DNA of 62,772 nucleotides, filler included, from Sphacelaria rigidula (Eukaryota): assembly GCA_964200075.2 (NCBI GenBank). It is 8 parts of 8 records of this genome, joined end to end, with 100 filler letters (N's around TTAATTAATTAA, not from the genome) between each part and the next. Parts side by side here need not be neighbours in the genome. Positions count along the whole stretch, not along the records: positions 7,861 to 15,620 come from CAXNAA020013544.1; positions 15,721 to 23,480 come from CAXNAA020013545.1; positions 23,581 to 31,339 come from CAXNAA020013546.1; 5 more parts are not named here. One strand, given 5' to 3'. Below, in pieces: positions 11,270 to 23,639 of the stretch (positions are counted from its first letter, which is position 1; every line of letters begins with the position of its first letter). Position numbers and translations under genes: made by a program. The notes beneath the pieces were generated by a model. It was not told the DNA's origin and searched no databases. It saw nothing but the letters and a program-made list of their open reading frames with translations.

Positions 11270-12892
11270 GTCGAAAGAGTGGATTTCAATGAGATTGAGT
11301 CGGCATCTAAAACGCGCCGTGAGACTTTTCGAATTGCAGGACAGAAAACTGTGGGAACAGGCTATGCGCAGTGAGTTAGTTCTCTGGGTTAATAGAGAAA
11401 GGAAAGTTCGAGGGAATAGATCAGCTCGAGGAGAGTCGAAACGCCAATGGCACCAAGATACTGCACGGTTGGAACACAGATCAGGATGGATTTTTGATCA
11501 ACTCCAAGGCGAGGTTCGTGTTTCTCGGAAATCTACAACAACCACGAGTCGGTTTCGAAACATACCTTCGCCCCGACCCCCACCGAGTCTCACATGAAAA
11601 GCGCTCACTGCGTATGCTTGCCAAAATAAGCTCGAGATGTAACGTTTGGACGTAAAGCAAGCGTTCATTGAGTCACCTCTAGAGCAGGGAGGTCTACGTG
11701 CGCGTCTCGATGGCCGTGGTGATTTGTCCGGACACTTTCTTCAGGGGGTGCGCTTTTCCGCCTCCGCTACCGAACACTTTGATCGGCGCATGAAGCGAGA
11801 GTCTTGAAATGTTGCTTTTCATGGGTTCAAGTAAGCAGAGAAGAGTTTGGAACGCAAAGCTTTGTGATGAAAATATGAGTTTGAGCAGTGGATGATCGAA
11901 CCGCGCATTTTCAGATTGGTAGAAGGGAGACAATGTGGAACCATTGCTGACAACAGCGTACACGTCGATGACCTTCTTGGCGCGTGTGACACGGATCAAG
12001 GAAGGTCTGGCAGTAAAGTTTCGCACACAGGATCTGGGGGAACTAGCAATCTACGGTGCTTGTGCAATCGAGCGAAACTGGGAAGACGGTACGGTCAAGA
12101 TTTCTCAGTCCGCGTTTGTCGACAAAATCATCGGTACATTTTAGATCGCGCGTACCGCCTCCACCCCCGCATCTGTATCAACTTCGAAGACAGAGGTGGA
12201 CGAGGAGGGGACCTGAGATGGATGTGCCGTATAGGCAGGCGGTGGGAGCGTTGACGTGGTTGTCCAATGACACACGCCCCGACATCGCGGACGCTGCGTA
12301 GGAAGTGTGCGAGACAGCGATACTTTTTCGCATCATCTCGGGCTGAGTTCGCATCCCGGAGTACCTAAACAACACGAGCGATTTAGGGTCATCCCTCATG
12401 ATCGTAGTTCTAGTGAGGGGCTGTTGGCATACGCCAGCGCTGACCCTGCCAATTCGGAGGGAAGACGTTTTGTGAAAGGAGATGTGTTGGATGTTTGGAG
12501 GTGAAACTGTGGTTGGTGTGTCGAGGACTCAGGGCAATGTATCATTGTCCAGTACTGAGGCAGAGTACGTAGCTGCTGGTGAGGTGGCCAAGGAGGTGCT
12601 GTTCGTGTGGGGAATCTCTAGTAGGTCGTTCAACCGAATGTCGAGCAGAAGTACACTACGATTTCTGAAGACGACTAGGGTGCCATTCAATCGACCGTCG
12701 ACTCGCTAAGTAGTCGTCGGAGCAAAGCAAATTCGAGTACGTCACCATTTATCTTCGTGAGCTAGATAATGATAAGATTCGGTTCGAGTGAATACACCCC
12801 GCAGAACAACACGTCGAGCTACTGACCAAGGCTCTGCCTAGAACCAGCTTCAGAAGCGAGTACCACAGGAATATCATGATGAACATAAGGTA
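11270..12892 (+). mobile_element. Decayed Ty1/copia reverse transcriptase-RNase H fragment
   Basis: Frameshifted motifs in the expected order: WEQAMRSEL, LDVKQAFI, HVDDLL (YVDD), DLGEL, ISQSAFVDKI, PYRQAVGAL, TRPDIA, and RNase H SLSSTEAEYVAAGEVAKE, LLTKAL. Many stops and frameshifts. Confidence 0.9.
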
Positions 12893-13409
12893 GGTTGAAT
12901 GATCTTCTGTGTGTTTGATGTTATGGTTTTCTTCTGCGTGTTTGTCGTATTAATTGGGTGGGATTGAGTTTGTGGTTTCTGGAAAAACATGTATTTAGGT
13001 GAGAAGCCGTAATATATCATGCGCGGGTGGACACGATGACTAAGTAGCAGCTCCGAGATAATGAGGAGGTTTGGATTCGCTCTGGATCGCAGTTGCAGAT
13101 TAGTTGATCCGTGATGGTACCAGTTACGAGCTAAGGTTGCCATCCATTGTCGACTGATCTTTTTTAGGGTACTGACTGGCCGAAAAAGTCATCTACGCAG
13201 AGGATAAATACGTGCGACGTGTTCAAGAGAGGATTCATGCCTTGAAGTTTCAATTGCTAAGTAGGTGAGTTTACAGCGTTTGTGCGCACCTGAAAGGTAT
13301 TTTGTTTTTACCCGGCGGGTCCGGGTTTTATTTCCCATTTTTTGGTAATGTAGAATTGTCGACGATTCGTCAGTTCGTTTGGGAGAGGGAGGGGGGGGGA
13401 GGGGGGGCG

Positions 13410-14240
13410 GGGGAATACTTATGATATTCGATGCCACGGTCATACGACCATTGACCTTGCATCCCTGCAAAGCCGGGATGGAGCACGCCAGATTTTCGCC
13501 GGACAAGGCTCGCGATCAATCACCAAGGGCGAAGCGCCGTGAGATGTTCGGCGAGTCGCATGAGGGATGCTGTGCATCCTTCTAAGACTGTTCGACCCGA
13601 AGCGCACTAAATAGATTGCGTATGGATGACAGCCTCGAATGAGCTGCTTCATTTCTGGTATCGCCAGTTCCAGTTACAACCAAGGGTTACATCATCACAT
13701 GGGCGTCTCACTATTCAAACACTTCGTCTTACGACCATTCCCTTTGCGCGGAGTTGAAGGTCTTCCATCCGGCACAATATGATCTGGTTCGACCACCATC
13801 ATGGTTACCGCAAAAAAAGAATGGAAGCGATAAGAAAACGGAAACCTGATTGCCTAGCTTACGCAATGAGTGGCATGTTTTACAGCGTCATTGCCAAGCG
13901 ACGCCAACCCTTCAAAGGCAAGGGAAGGGGGGGGGGGGGGGCGAGGGAAGGGGGATGTACTCATGATCATGCATGCCATAGCCATAAGACCATTGACCCC
14001 GCAACTCTACAAAGCCGGGACGAAGCACGCCGGGTTTTCGTCGGACCAGGCTTGCACTCAAACCAACAAGCGCCGTGGTGTGTTCGGCGAGGCGCATGAA
14101 GGGTGAGCTGCATCCTGCTAAGAGTGTTCGGCCCGAACCCCACTGATTATCTTGCATTTAGATGACAGCCCAAAATGAGTTGCTTTATCTTGTGGTATCG
14201 CCACTTTCAGAGACAGCCGCGGCTTTTACACTGCCTCATC
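13410..14240 (+). repeat. Dispersed repeat family A, ~1.5 tandem copies separated by a poly-G run
   Basis: 13410-13920 is followed by G-rich 13921-13955, then the same unit restarts at ~13955 (gatcatgcatgccatagccataagaccattgacc...). Confidence 0.85.
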
Positions 14241-14371
14241 GGTGTCTAACCAGGGAGGGGGGGGGGGGGGGGGGGCCCTTTTTGTGTGTTTCAGGGTGGA
14301 GGGGGGGGGCGCTGGAGGATAATGAGGNNNNNNNNNNTGTGGGCGTTGGGGGTGTCCTTGGGGTGCGCGGT

Positions 14372-14413
<42 letters not shown>

Positions 14414-15073
14414 GGGGGGGGGGACCTCTTTTTGCGTGTTTCACGCTAGAGTTGTGGTACGCTCGAGTGTAATATGAATGACTCCTGGATAACAAACTGA
14501 ATACAATATATATTGAAAAGGACGCATGCTGATCGACAACGTCAACGTAGGTGATGAAAACAAAAAAGTAGAATGATCAAGAGAGAATAGAGCGAGAGAC
14601 AAATGATGGTAAGGCGGCGATGGTGATGAGCGTGCAACTAGCAAGACGCGGTGGAGGTGGGTGACGCCGAGTCTTGAGATTGAAACCGTGCCCAGATTAA
14701 CGAAACGTCCAACCACATGTCAAGCGGTAGCTTCGGGACGAAGAATAGCAACAAATGGCACACCTACATGGGTAGGAACGTTAATTATTGAACATACAAC
14801 ATCTTGATTGCAGGACCGCAACGCACTGCCCTTGAGATAGCGTATGCGTGTGCACACGCCAGTATTAGCAAAACCTCCGGCGAGCTGAAGAAAATAGACT
14901 ACGATACACTTGGAAGAAAGAGGCCGACAGGAGGCCGACAGGAAGAAAGAGGGTAAAATCGGGTGCGTGTACAGAGCGTTCGTGGCGTCCTCACCCGCGC
15001 TAACGGCTGAACCACGGCACTTATGCATCAATCACGTGCGGAAGAAATAGCCTCGAAACACCAAAACTCTCAC

Positions 15074-15619
15074 CTGGCGAGCGTCACCCTTGATCCACGG
15101 AGACCCACCGAGCAAGCCCACTACCGGATTGGATGGAGCAGAAGATGAGCTCATGCTTCTGATCCAGGGTGCACTCCAGAGCATCCCCTCCATCGTGCGT
15201 GACCAAGTGCGGCTCTGGCCATCGCGCTCAGTGCTGCTGCGAATCCACGGCGCCCCCGACAGCAATCCAATCTCGACCGCCGGGCCCTCATCTTGAAAAA
15301 CGTCTGTCTCGAAACTTCGAGCCAGAGGAGCGCTTGACAACTTTCCCATGGGTTTGTGACCGCCGGATCGAGTCCACGGGGCGTCTGCCAGCATTCCCAT
15401 GTCGACAGTCGGCTTTTCGTAAGATACGGGCATCTCACCACTGCCAGTCGGGGGGACGCCGGAGAGCACGCTCTCGGTTGCGTCACGGACCCAAGGAGCG
15501 CTCAGTAGCACTCCGTCCCCCACGCCGCGAACCCACGGAGCACCCGTGAGCATGCCTCCGGCTACGTCACCGTCCGCACGAACCCACGGCGCCCCCGCCA
15601 GCATTCCCACGTCAACGGC
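15074..15619 (-). CDS. Internal exon of an unknown protein with eight GxLxxAPWxR motifs (5' end cut by contig end)
   Basis: The frame is open from the contig edge to a cag|gtgaga donor at 15074/15073. It encodes GMLAGAPWVR, GMLTGAPWVR, GVLLSAPWVR, GMLADAPWTR, GKLSSAPLAR, GLLSGAPWIR, GMLWSAPWIR and GLLGGSPWIK, with synonymous codon variation between copies. Confidence 0.7.
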
Positions 15620-16245
15620 CNNNNNNNNNNNNNNNNNNNNNNNNNNNNNNNNNNNNNNNNNNNNTTAATTAATTAANNNNNNNNNNNNNNNNNNNNNNNN
15701 NNNNNNNNNNNNNNNNNNNNTGGGGCGCTGGGACGTGTTTTCGAGGTGTTCAGCCAGCGTGCAGCGCCGCTCCCCAAAGCGAGAAATGCGCTACCCTTTT
15801 TTGCTCCAAAAACACCAGGGTATACCCCCTTTTGTATATTGCCCTTCGGATTTCCCCCGAGATGACTGGTCCAAGTCCTTTCCAAGCGGCCGCATTTGCG
15901 ATACGTCTTCCTTCGTGGACAAGATTTCGGAGAATGTTACAGTAATCCTCCACCATATAAATAACGCTAGTTACCAATCTTGGTATGGGTGTGCATTCGA
16001 TCGTCCGGAACCCTTGCTTCTTTCGAAAGGGCTCAATTGTCACAAGAAAAAACACCAACTGATGAAAGACACCCACATTGAGCGTACGATAGTCGAAGGT
16101 GCTTGACGAATTGCGGTATCTTCATCACCACGTACGATAGATGATGGATATAGATGAGTACACCACCATCCCGCCCCGGACGTTGGACCTTGTGAAGGCG
16201 TCATGAGGAACACAAGATACTCTCGTCGGCGGCATTTTCCCTTTG

Positions 16246-16360
16246 CTGTGCTGTGCTGTGCTGTGCTGTGCTGTGCTGTGCTGTGCTGTGCTGTGCTGTG
16301 CTGTGCTGTGCTGTGCTGTGCTGTGCTGTGCTGTGCTGTGCTGTGCTGTGCTGTGCTGTG
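16246..16360. repeat. (CTGTG)23 pentanucleotide microsatellite
   Basis: Perfect 115-bp run. Confidence 0.98.
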
Positions 16361-17009
16361 AAGTACCACGGGCTGAGCAAGTTGCGTGCTCCTGCCACTT
16401 GCATCTCTACTATCGACAGCCCTATCATTTGAATCAAGTCAATCCGACCTCTTTTACGGGGGCAACTGGAGCTTGGTCGCTCTTGTCCGTGTAAATGTTA
16501 CGTACTGTACTGTCAGTCCTGTATGGCTTGAAAGAAAGAAGATTTGAATACAGTACAGAAATGTGCACATGTTGATCCACATTTCGCAAAGCCGAAAATC
16601 AGGGCAGTACTGCTCTCAGGGTATTTTCTGGACTTTTCCCTATCTCAAATTCGGAAAATGGCGGTCTTGTGGTGAGTCTACACGGCGGGAAAAGGCTTGC
16701 TGCGTGACTTGCTCAGAGTCCTACTCGAGTGCACATTTGTGAGGGCGGTGCTCTATACTGAGTTTTGTTGTGCGATGCAGTGCTTGCTACTTGGCGAGCT
16801 TGACTCGCTGGCGTGAAGTTTTATGAGCGATGCATGAGGACCCGACCCGACCCGACCTGACCCCGTGTATCCGCCTTTGCCTTTGCCCTTGCCCTTGTAC
16901 AGGGCAGGGCGCACAAGCGCATGCCAACATGTTGGCACGTTCGACCAGAAAAGTCCGCTGACTGTGTGTTGCACCTCGTTGCACCGATCATTTTGCGCGC
17001 ATTTCGCAG

Positions 17010-20000
17010 AGAGAAGAAATGGGAGGGGCTGAAGGGATTGGATGCGCGCACGGCGGGGTCTCTTATCCCCGATACCCTTCAGAAGATGGAGAACGATCAG
17101 GAGTTCAAGCTCACAGGTGCAATGTTGGCCTACATGCACACCCTCTACTGCTGCATCGTTAGCAGCGTATGGTGTGACTTGAAACAAACGGCACGATCAG
17201 GTCTTATGAAACATTTGTGGGGCATGACCAGGTACAGGCCCAGTGACCCAAGTTGCAGGTTGGAGAGTTGCAGATTGGAGAGCAACGTGTTGCCAAAGCA
17301 ACAAAACGAAATAGTTGTGAAGTAGTTTCCAAGACAAGTCCTGTCTCCTCTCCCCTGTCTCCGGTCTCAAGGCAGATTTTTCGCATGTACGCTCCGCTGC
17401 CCGACACCAGGGTTTACTGGTTTGTTTGTCTTGACGTGACATATATCCCTAATTCTAGTGGTTGATTCGAATATTGAGGTAGAGGTAGGTTGCGTTGAGT
17501 CATGTCACTTTTCACGGCCGGTTCGTCTTGACTGGGATCGACTACCAGCCAAACAGCCAAATCCATGGTATTTCGGTGATGCAGGGTTGTGGCGTCGTCG
17601 CACTGCCACTGGTGATGGGCACCGCACCAAAGACCCAGAAAGGCTCCCAACGGTTTTCCTTGAATCTATCGGGGAGAAGCCCCGACCACCCTCAAAACTT
17701 GGCAGTTCTGGAGGCGTTGATGGTCCGAAGGAGAAGAATTGAACTATCGAAAAAATTGATCAGGTTCTCCGCCCGTTCCAGGCATCCAGTCATCCAGGCA
17801 TCCGGGGGTTCCCGTGTGAAGGTCCCCGAAGTGCGGTATTGTACAGAATAAATACCTAAAAGTAAAGAATCAACAAATTCTGCGTCCTAGCGTACTCCAA
17901 GGAACGTTTGCACGAATTGTCGTGGCGTAGCTCAAGAAAGTGATGCACTGAGGTCATTTAACGCCCAACTTACCCGAAAAAGCCGTTTCAAATTTCAAAC
18001 AGGGCTTTTGGAAAGTCTGTATCCATTCAAGTCCACTTTTTGCAAAAAATCACGAATGTTCATGCCGATTCTTGGAGTCGGGCTCTGAAAAATTGCACAC
18101 AAAAGATACTAGGAGGCGTTTCGGAACTTGTACGAATGGACTTGTCTTCTCTTTTTTCGCCAGAAATTCCTCATACACAGTACATGTGTGCAAACCTTCA
18201 GAGTCAGACTCCAAGAATCGGCGTGAACATTTGCGGATGGGTGGATTTTGGGTCGAAAGCGTGAACCAGCCTGTACACATGGCACCTTGATGAGGTTCAC
18301 CATGCATTTGATGACGCATGTGTCTTTCAATATTCTACAGCGCATCACACCCCTTGGGTTGTGGAACCGCTAGAATGGGTGCGCTGACAGAGGCTCGCTT
18401 CCCTCGTGGGCCGTGACGGTTTTGCTTACTCGTGCCGTTGTGCTCCATGCTAATGCTTCTCTTGCTCCCAGCTGCCAAGTTGAAGAAGTTGGGGCAAAAA
18501 AAGCTCACGATGGAAGAACGAAAGATTAGGCGAAGAGCGCTGACGGACCGTGGACTGCCAAGTTTCCAGGAATTCATCAAGGAAAAGTGAGTTGCATGAC
18601 ACCTCAGCGGCTTTTGTGAAATAGGGCGGACTGATGCCCTCCTGGCAAAGTGACTGTGCGAGGTATAATGCTGTCGGTAGTGTTTGACATCATACTCCTT
18701 AGCAGCGTTAGAGTCGTGGTGACGTGCCCTGAAAGCCGTTGTTGCACGCTTGGTGACAATGTCAATGACTAACTGCAATAGAGTTCGATCCGACGGTGTG
18801 AAGTGGCTGATATCAACTCTCGGAGGCTTTCGGTCACATGCCGCGGTTCAGCGTGCAGTACCCTAATATTGCCGAGGTTGGGTGTCGGCTGTTTTTTGCC
18901 TTTTGTTATATTTTTTGTCAACAAGAGGTGGCGGTGTGCAGCCAAAGCATAAAAACAAACCGACATCAGGTTTTTGAAGGTTTGATGGGTTTTCCTTGGT
19001 TTCCGTGCAGGCACAGATGATGGGCATAAAGGCATAACGGCATGTTCTCGTGGTGGCGAGGAATTGCATAATCTATTACTCGTGTTGACACGCGGTTTCA
19101 TCGAAATTCTTGATACCTTACCTTGCACTAGTATAGTAGAGTAGTACAGTAGGAACGCCGCCTGATCATTCAAGGTTCGAGGTATGTAAGCAAGAAGCAA
19201 CGCACAGAGAGAGAGGCCCGGTGATAGTCTTCGCTGATGATGTAACTGTAGCGGTTATGGGAAAATAACAGCCTGTACTTTGCTCATGTACTGTATACAC
19301 TGCTGGCCCGTTTATGCTGATTCGAATTTACTCGTGCTCGAGGAGTGAATGTCATGTTGTTATGTTGCGTTGTGTGGTTTGCTCTCGTGGTCGTACGCAT
19401 TGGTCGACGATTTTGACGGTTTTGCAGGAATATTGCCATCGAGCGCGACACGTCCACGATTTTCCAGCTCAACATCGGTCTCTACTGCAACCAGGTGAGG
19501 GTAAAATGTACGGCCTGTGCTGCTTCCGCTGCGCATTGTCGACAACGGTAAGTGTCTCACGATGATGAATAGCGTGTTCCCATTCTGAAGCTCCCGTATT
19601 CGGTGTTGAGTGCTGTTTGTGGTTCATCAGGGATATATTATAAGTCTTGAAGGCCAAAGCGCTGCGTGAAGAACTGCTCTATGTGTACAGTGCGGAGTGA
19701 GCAGTCGAATATGATGTTGGAGTCTATCAAAGATGCCAGGCCTTCCAATTCCGTGTACGTGCTCGCTATCGCTAGCAAAAATACTCCACAAGTCACATAT
19801 GTACTGAAATGATCAAACTTGATCGAATTGTACGAGCAAGTGGCAAAAATGATGTCAAACCGCAGCGGAATGACAGTTCTGGTGTGTTTACTAGCTTGGT
19901 TTGATATGTTTTTTATGAAGAGGACCAAACACGTTGACTGGCGCATGTGTTTGAACTGTACGTTGGTGTCCCAAACAACACTACATATGTTAGTTGGGTT

Positions 20001-23000
20001 CATCACACGCCCTTGTAACCGCGCATCGCATGCCATACATACCTATGGGCAGGCCTGTAGCCACTGCCACGTGGAGTCATCTCCTCAGCGGACGGAGATG
20101 GTGACCAAAGATGTTGCTGACCGCTGTCTCAAGGTATGAAAATGTGGAGTGCGGAGTGCGGAGTGTGTGCTAGACTCGTCGATTTTTTTTCAGAAGGGCG
20201 TCTGTTTAGTCTGTTTGGCGTGCCTTCGCGCCTCCATGGATTTCGCCAAGATGTTGCCTGTCTTCCATGTGGTTGAAGCTGTAGGCGGCTCGCGATGGGC
20301 CTGATGTGAATGAGTCTGGTCCAGCAGCAAAGAACAGCAAAGGAAATTGGTATGTATTGATGTGTATGGGCCTTTACTCGATAGAGTCGACGAAAGTCGT
20401 ATTTTTTAAGTCAAAGCCTCCTCGTTCATTTTACGTACTTTTCAAGGGCATGACGGATGTACAAGTGGAAACGGAGAAAATATTATCGATAGATGTGAGG
20501 ATATTTCTGTGGTGACACACACAGACATTTCGCCGCCACAAACTTCCAAATCATTTTCAGCTGGTGAGGGTGGCCTACAATAATTTTGCCGCTGCTCGCC
20601 CCCGCACTCATGCGCCATCCATGCTCCGCGCTGGTGATGTGGCGATGCTATGGTGAGTTTTAGAATTTATGGGACGATACGATCCTCAATAGTATTAACG
20701 ACTAAAAAGGTGACGGAATATTTCCATGGCGCGACCAGTTTGCACGATTTATCATGAGATCATATGAACCATCGGAAATGTCGAATGATGTGACGGATAA
20801 TTGCAGATGTACGACCGTGTGATCAAATATCATATATCCTGGAGAGTAAAGACCTACATGTTTGAGGTCGTTACACTATTCTATTAACCGCTGCCCGTTG
20901 CTCTAATAGGTGATCAGAAATAGCCCCAGCATCAAGACCTTGGATATCACAGGAGGAGCACCCGAACTAAATGCCCACTTCCGTTACATGGTGGAACAAG
21001 CTCGTGAGGCCGGCGTGGAAGTGATTGACAGGTGCGCGAATAATAAAATACTGTGGGCGATTACCGTTTGACATCCCAAAGTACTGTAACCCTGAATGAG
21101 AATCGGTCATGCACCGCCCTGTTTACGTCTTTGTATCTGATGGCTTGCCGGTGTGGTCGTGCTGAAGTGCTTGTCGGCAAGAAACTCTTGAAGACATTGC
21201 GATCATTTCGATCCAGAGTTGAACCCTAGCCAAGTGCAGTGCGGGAAGATCATGGAGTAGGACGTCATGTTGCCATATGCCTTCCTGAACGCTAACAGCC
21301 TCTCTTGGAAGTGGCACAGGCCTGAGCAACGTGCAGAATGCGCCATCAGTTGAACCTCGATTGTTGAATACACCCTCCCGTGTGGGTAACGCCACAGGTG
21401 CAACTTAACGGTGCTTCAGGAGCCAGGGCAAGAAGACTTGGCGGAATTCTTAGCGACGAACAAGGTGCGTCATCCGACGCGTGTGGCAAATCAAATCAAA
21501 CTGCTCGAGCTTGTTGCTCGCTTCCTGCGCTCTCGGCTCTTGAGTGAGATTTTGATATCTGTCAGACGAAGTATGATCCCACGTGGTGGTGATGCTGCTT
21601 CTGATGGTGTTTCTATTGTGTAGCTTCACTTCCAGACTTGAGAGCCACGTCCTTCTGCTTCTCTGGGTATCCTCTGGGTATCCCCACTTTTTTTTTGGAA
21701 TCTTGATTCGATTCAAATAGATTCGATTCGTGGGTTCTTGGGAACGGCTTGGTTTTGGTGAGCTGCAAAAAATATTTGAATACGCCACTGTACCTTGTTG
21801 CACGGCATTCCAAGTACTCGAGTCCGTCCAGTCAAGAACAAATCGATTCATATGTCGTGTTAACAGCAGGTCGATTGACTTTGAAGTTGATCATTGTGCG
21901 GTACGAAGAGCACCTAAAATTCAAATTCATTTTATGACCCGCTGGTTGGGGCCCAAAAACATGATGTGATGACAAATTGTCGCCGTGCTGTCATGACACA
22001 GTTCGACACCGGTGAGCAACTGGCCTGAAATTTGTTGGATCTTAGCGCAGCTGTGATGAGTACGCACCCACCACCGCTTCCGTGAAGCGAGCAAACTTCC
22101 CCTTGATGCTCACCGTTTATCGTACAATGCCATCCATGTGTGTACTTGATAGGTGCACGTAGTGGCATCCCTTCCGTGCTATTCGCCCAAGAATGTCAAT
22201 ACGCAGCGAGGCAGTGGCGTTTTTGATCGCAGTATCCAAGGTCTAATGAAGCTCAACGAGCTCGGATACGGCAAGGACGGCACAGGTCTCAAGTTGGACC
22301 TTGTATTCAACCCTGTGGGTGGATACTTGCCGCCGGAACAGGTGAATTTGGGTTATTGAAAGTCATCCCTCTTTCGCTCGTGTTCCTCGACAGAGTTTGA
22401 TTTCATTCTTCAATGATTTGAATAGTGTAGTTTTTTTAATGGAAACCTGACGTGACTGCGTCTGTTAAGAGTGCACCACGCATGCAGGCGAGCCCCCCGG
22501 CTGGTGATTGATCGCGATTATTCACTGTGTTGTCGATTATTTAGCGTTCATGTGTTGGAATAATGTGTTGCGTGTTGCGTGTTACGTGCGGCACTGTGCA
22601 GCAAACACGGGTGATTTACCGTCGTTCGTTTCAACTTGTAAGTTCTTCCGTTTTATTGCTGCCTGGATGTTGCCTTGCCTTGCGAAGGGAGCCTTGGAAG
22701 CGAAGTACAAGGAAGAACTGGACGAGACCTTCGGCATCGTGTTTAACAATCTTTTCACCATCACCAACATGCCTATCAAGGTGCAGTCAAACAGCAGTCA
22801 AACAGCAGTCAAACAGCCTGCACTTTTCTCACCACAAAAAATTCGCCGTCCGTGAAGGGTCATCGGTAGTTGTTGTGGGCCACTTGATGTTGTGCCGTAT
22901 TCGTCTTGTCCACTAACGAGATTACCGCTTCATGTCTTGCACATGCATTTTCACACTCGTTTTGACAATGACACAACGGCAGCGTTTTGCGGACTTCCTG

Positions 23001-23083
23001 TACCGTCGCAACGAGCTTCAGGAATACATGGAACTCTTGGTGCGCAACTTCAACCCCACGGCATGCAGTGGGCTTATGTGCAG
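17010..23083 (+). CDS. arsS: Radical SAM protein, ArsS (arsenosugar biosynthesis)/DUF3641 family; partial, N-terminus unresolved, C-terminal exons absent from contig
   Basis: Nine phase-compatible AG/GT-bounded exons: 17010-17116, 18472-18586, 19428-19494, 20053-20133, 20910-21031, 21398-21464, 22153-22341, 22688-22780, 22983-23083. The spliced product contains TIFQLNIGLYCNQACSHCHVESSP (CxxxCxxC), LDITGGAPELN, VIDRCNLTVL, VVASLPCY, QRGSGVF, LDLVFNP, FNNLFTITNMPIKRF and FNP....LMCR. These are the successive motifs I recognise from this family. Confidence 0.9.
18055..18231. repeat. Inverted repeat (47-bp arms) inside an intron of the radical SAM gene
   Basis: 18055-18101 is the reverse complement of 18185-18231 with about 6 mismatches. 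Confidence 0.8.
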
Positions 23084-23639
23084 GTGACCGTGCGTTGGTA
23101 TGTGTTTTGCACCTTGATCGACGGGTTTCGCTAATGTTGATTCGTGCTCTGAGAAGAGAACCCTCGACAGTTCTGCCGTGAAATAGAGAATGCTGAGACA
23201 CACCCAAGCTGGGTAGGTAAATTCACTGTGTGTGTCGCTCGCAAGGTCACGCCGATCAACAATGTGTAGGAGGCATGCAGGGATTGAATCGCCCCCCCTA
23301 CGAGCTGGGCCAGCTTAAAAACGGATTTACGCTCTCAAAGCGATATCTCAACGACACAGACAAGTTTGGCCGTGATCCGCATATCGTTTTAACCGTTTTG
23401 GGACTGAAGCTCACGAACACCACGTTCACGACGTGTTCGTAAAATAATAATTAACAAGTCTGGGAGCGACCTGTCCAATCNNNNNNNNNNNNNNNNNNNN
23501 NNNNNNNNNNNNNNNNNNNNNNNNTTAATTAATTAANNNNNNNNNNNNNNNNNNNNNNNNNNNNNNNNNNNNNNNNNNNNAGGGATGCGAGGTCAATGGT
23601 CTTATGGCTATGGCATGCACGATCATGAGTACGACTGCT

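Noticed and set aside
16040-16494. ORFs with HSTAQ or CCAVL repeats
   Set aside because: Translations of the (CTGTG)23 microsatellite.
16658-17012. In-frame UGA (selenocysteine) made by splicing ATGGCGGTCTTGTG|gtgagt to the 17010 exon
   Set aside because: It falls in a non-conserved N-terminal region at codon 5. A missed exon, another start or a 5' UTR exon is simpler, and no SECIS can be assessed because the 3' end is absent.
15074-23083. A RiPP-like cluster: repeat-peptide ORF divergent from a radical SAM gene
   Set aside because: The two lie on different size-sorted contigs separated by an artificial linker (15621-15720), so their adjacency is an artefact. The enzyme's motifs also point to the ArsS family rather than a peptide maturase.
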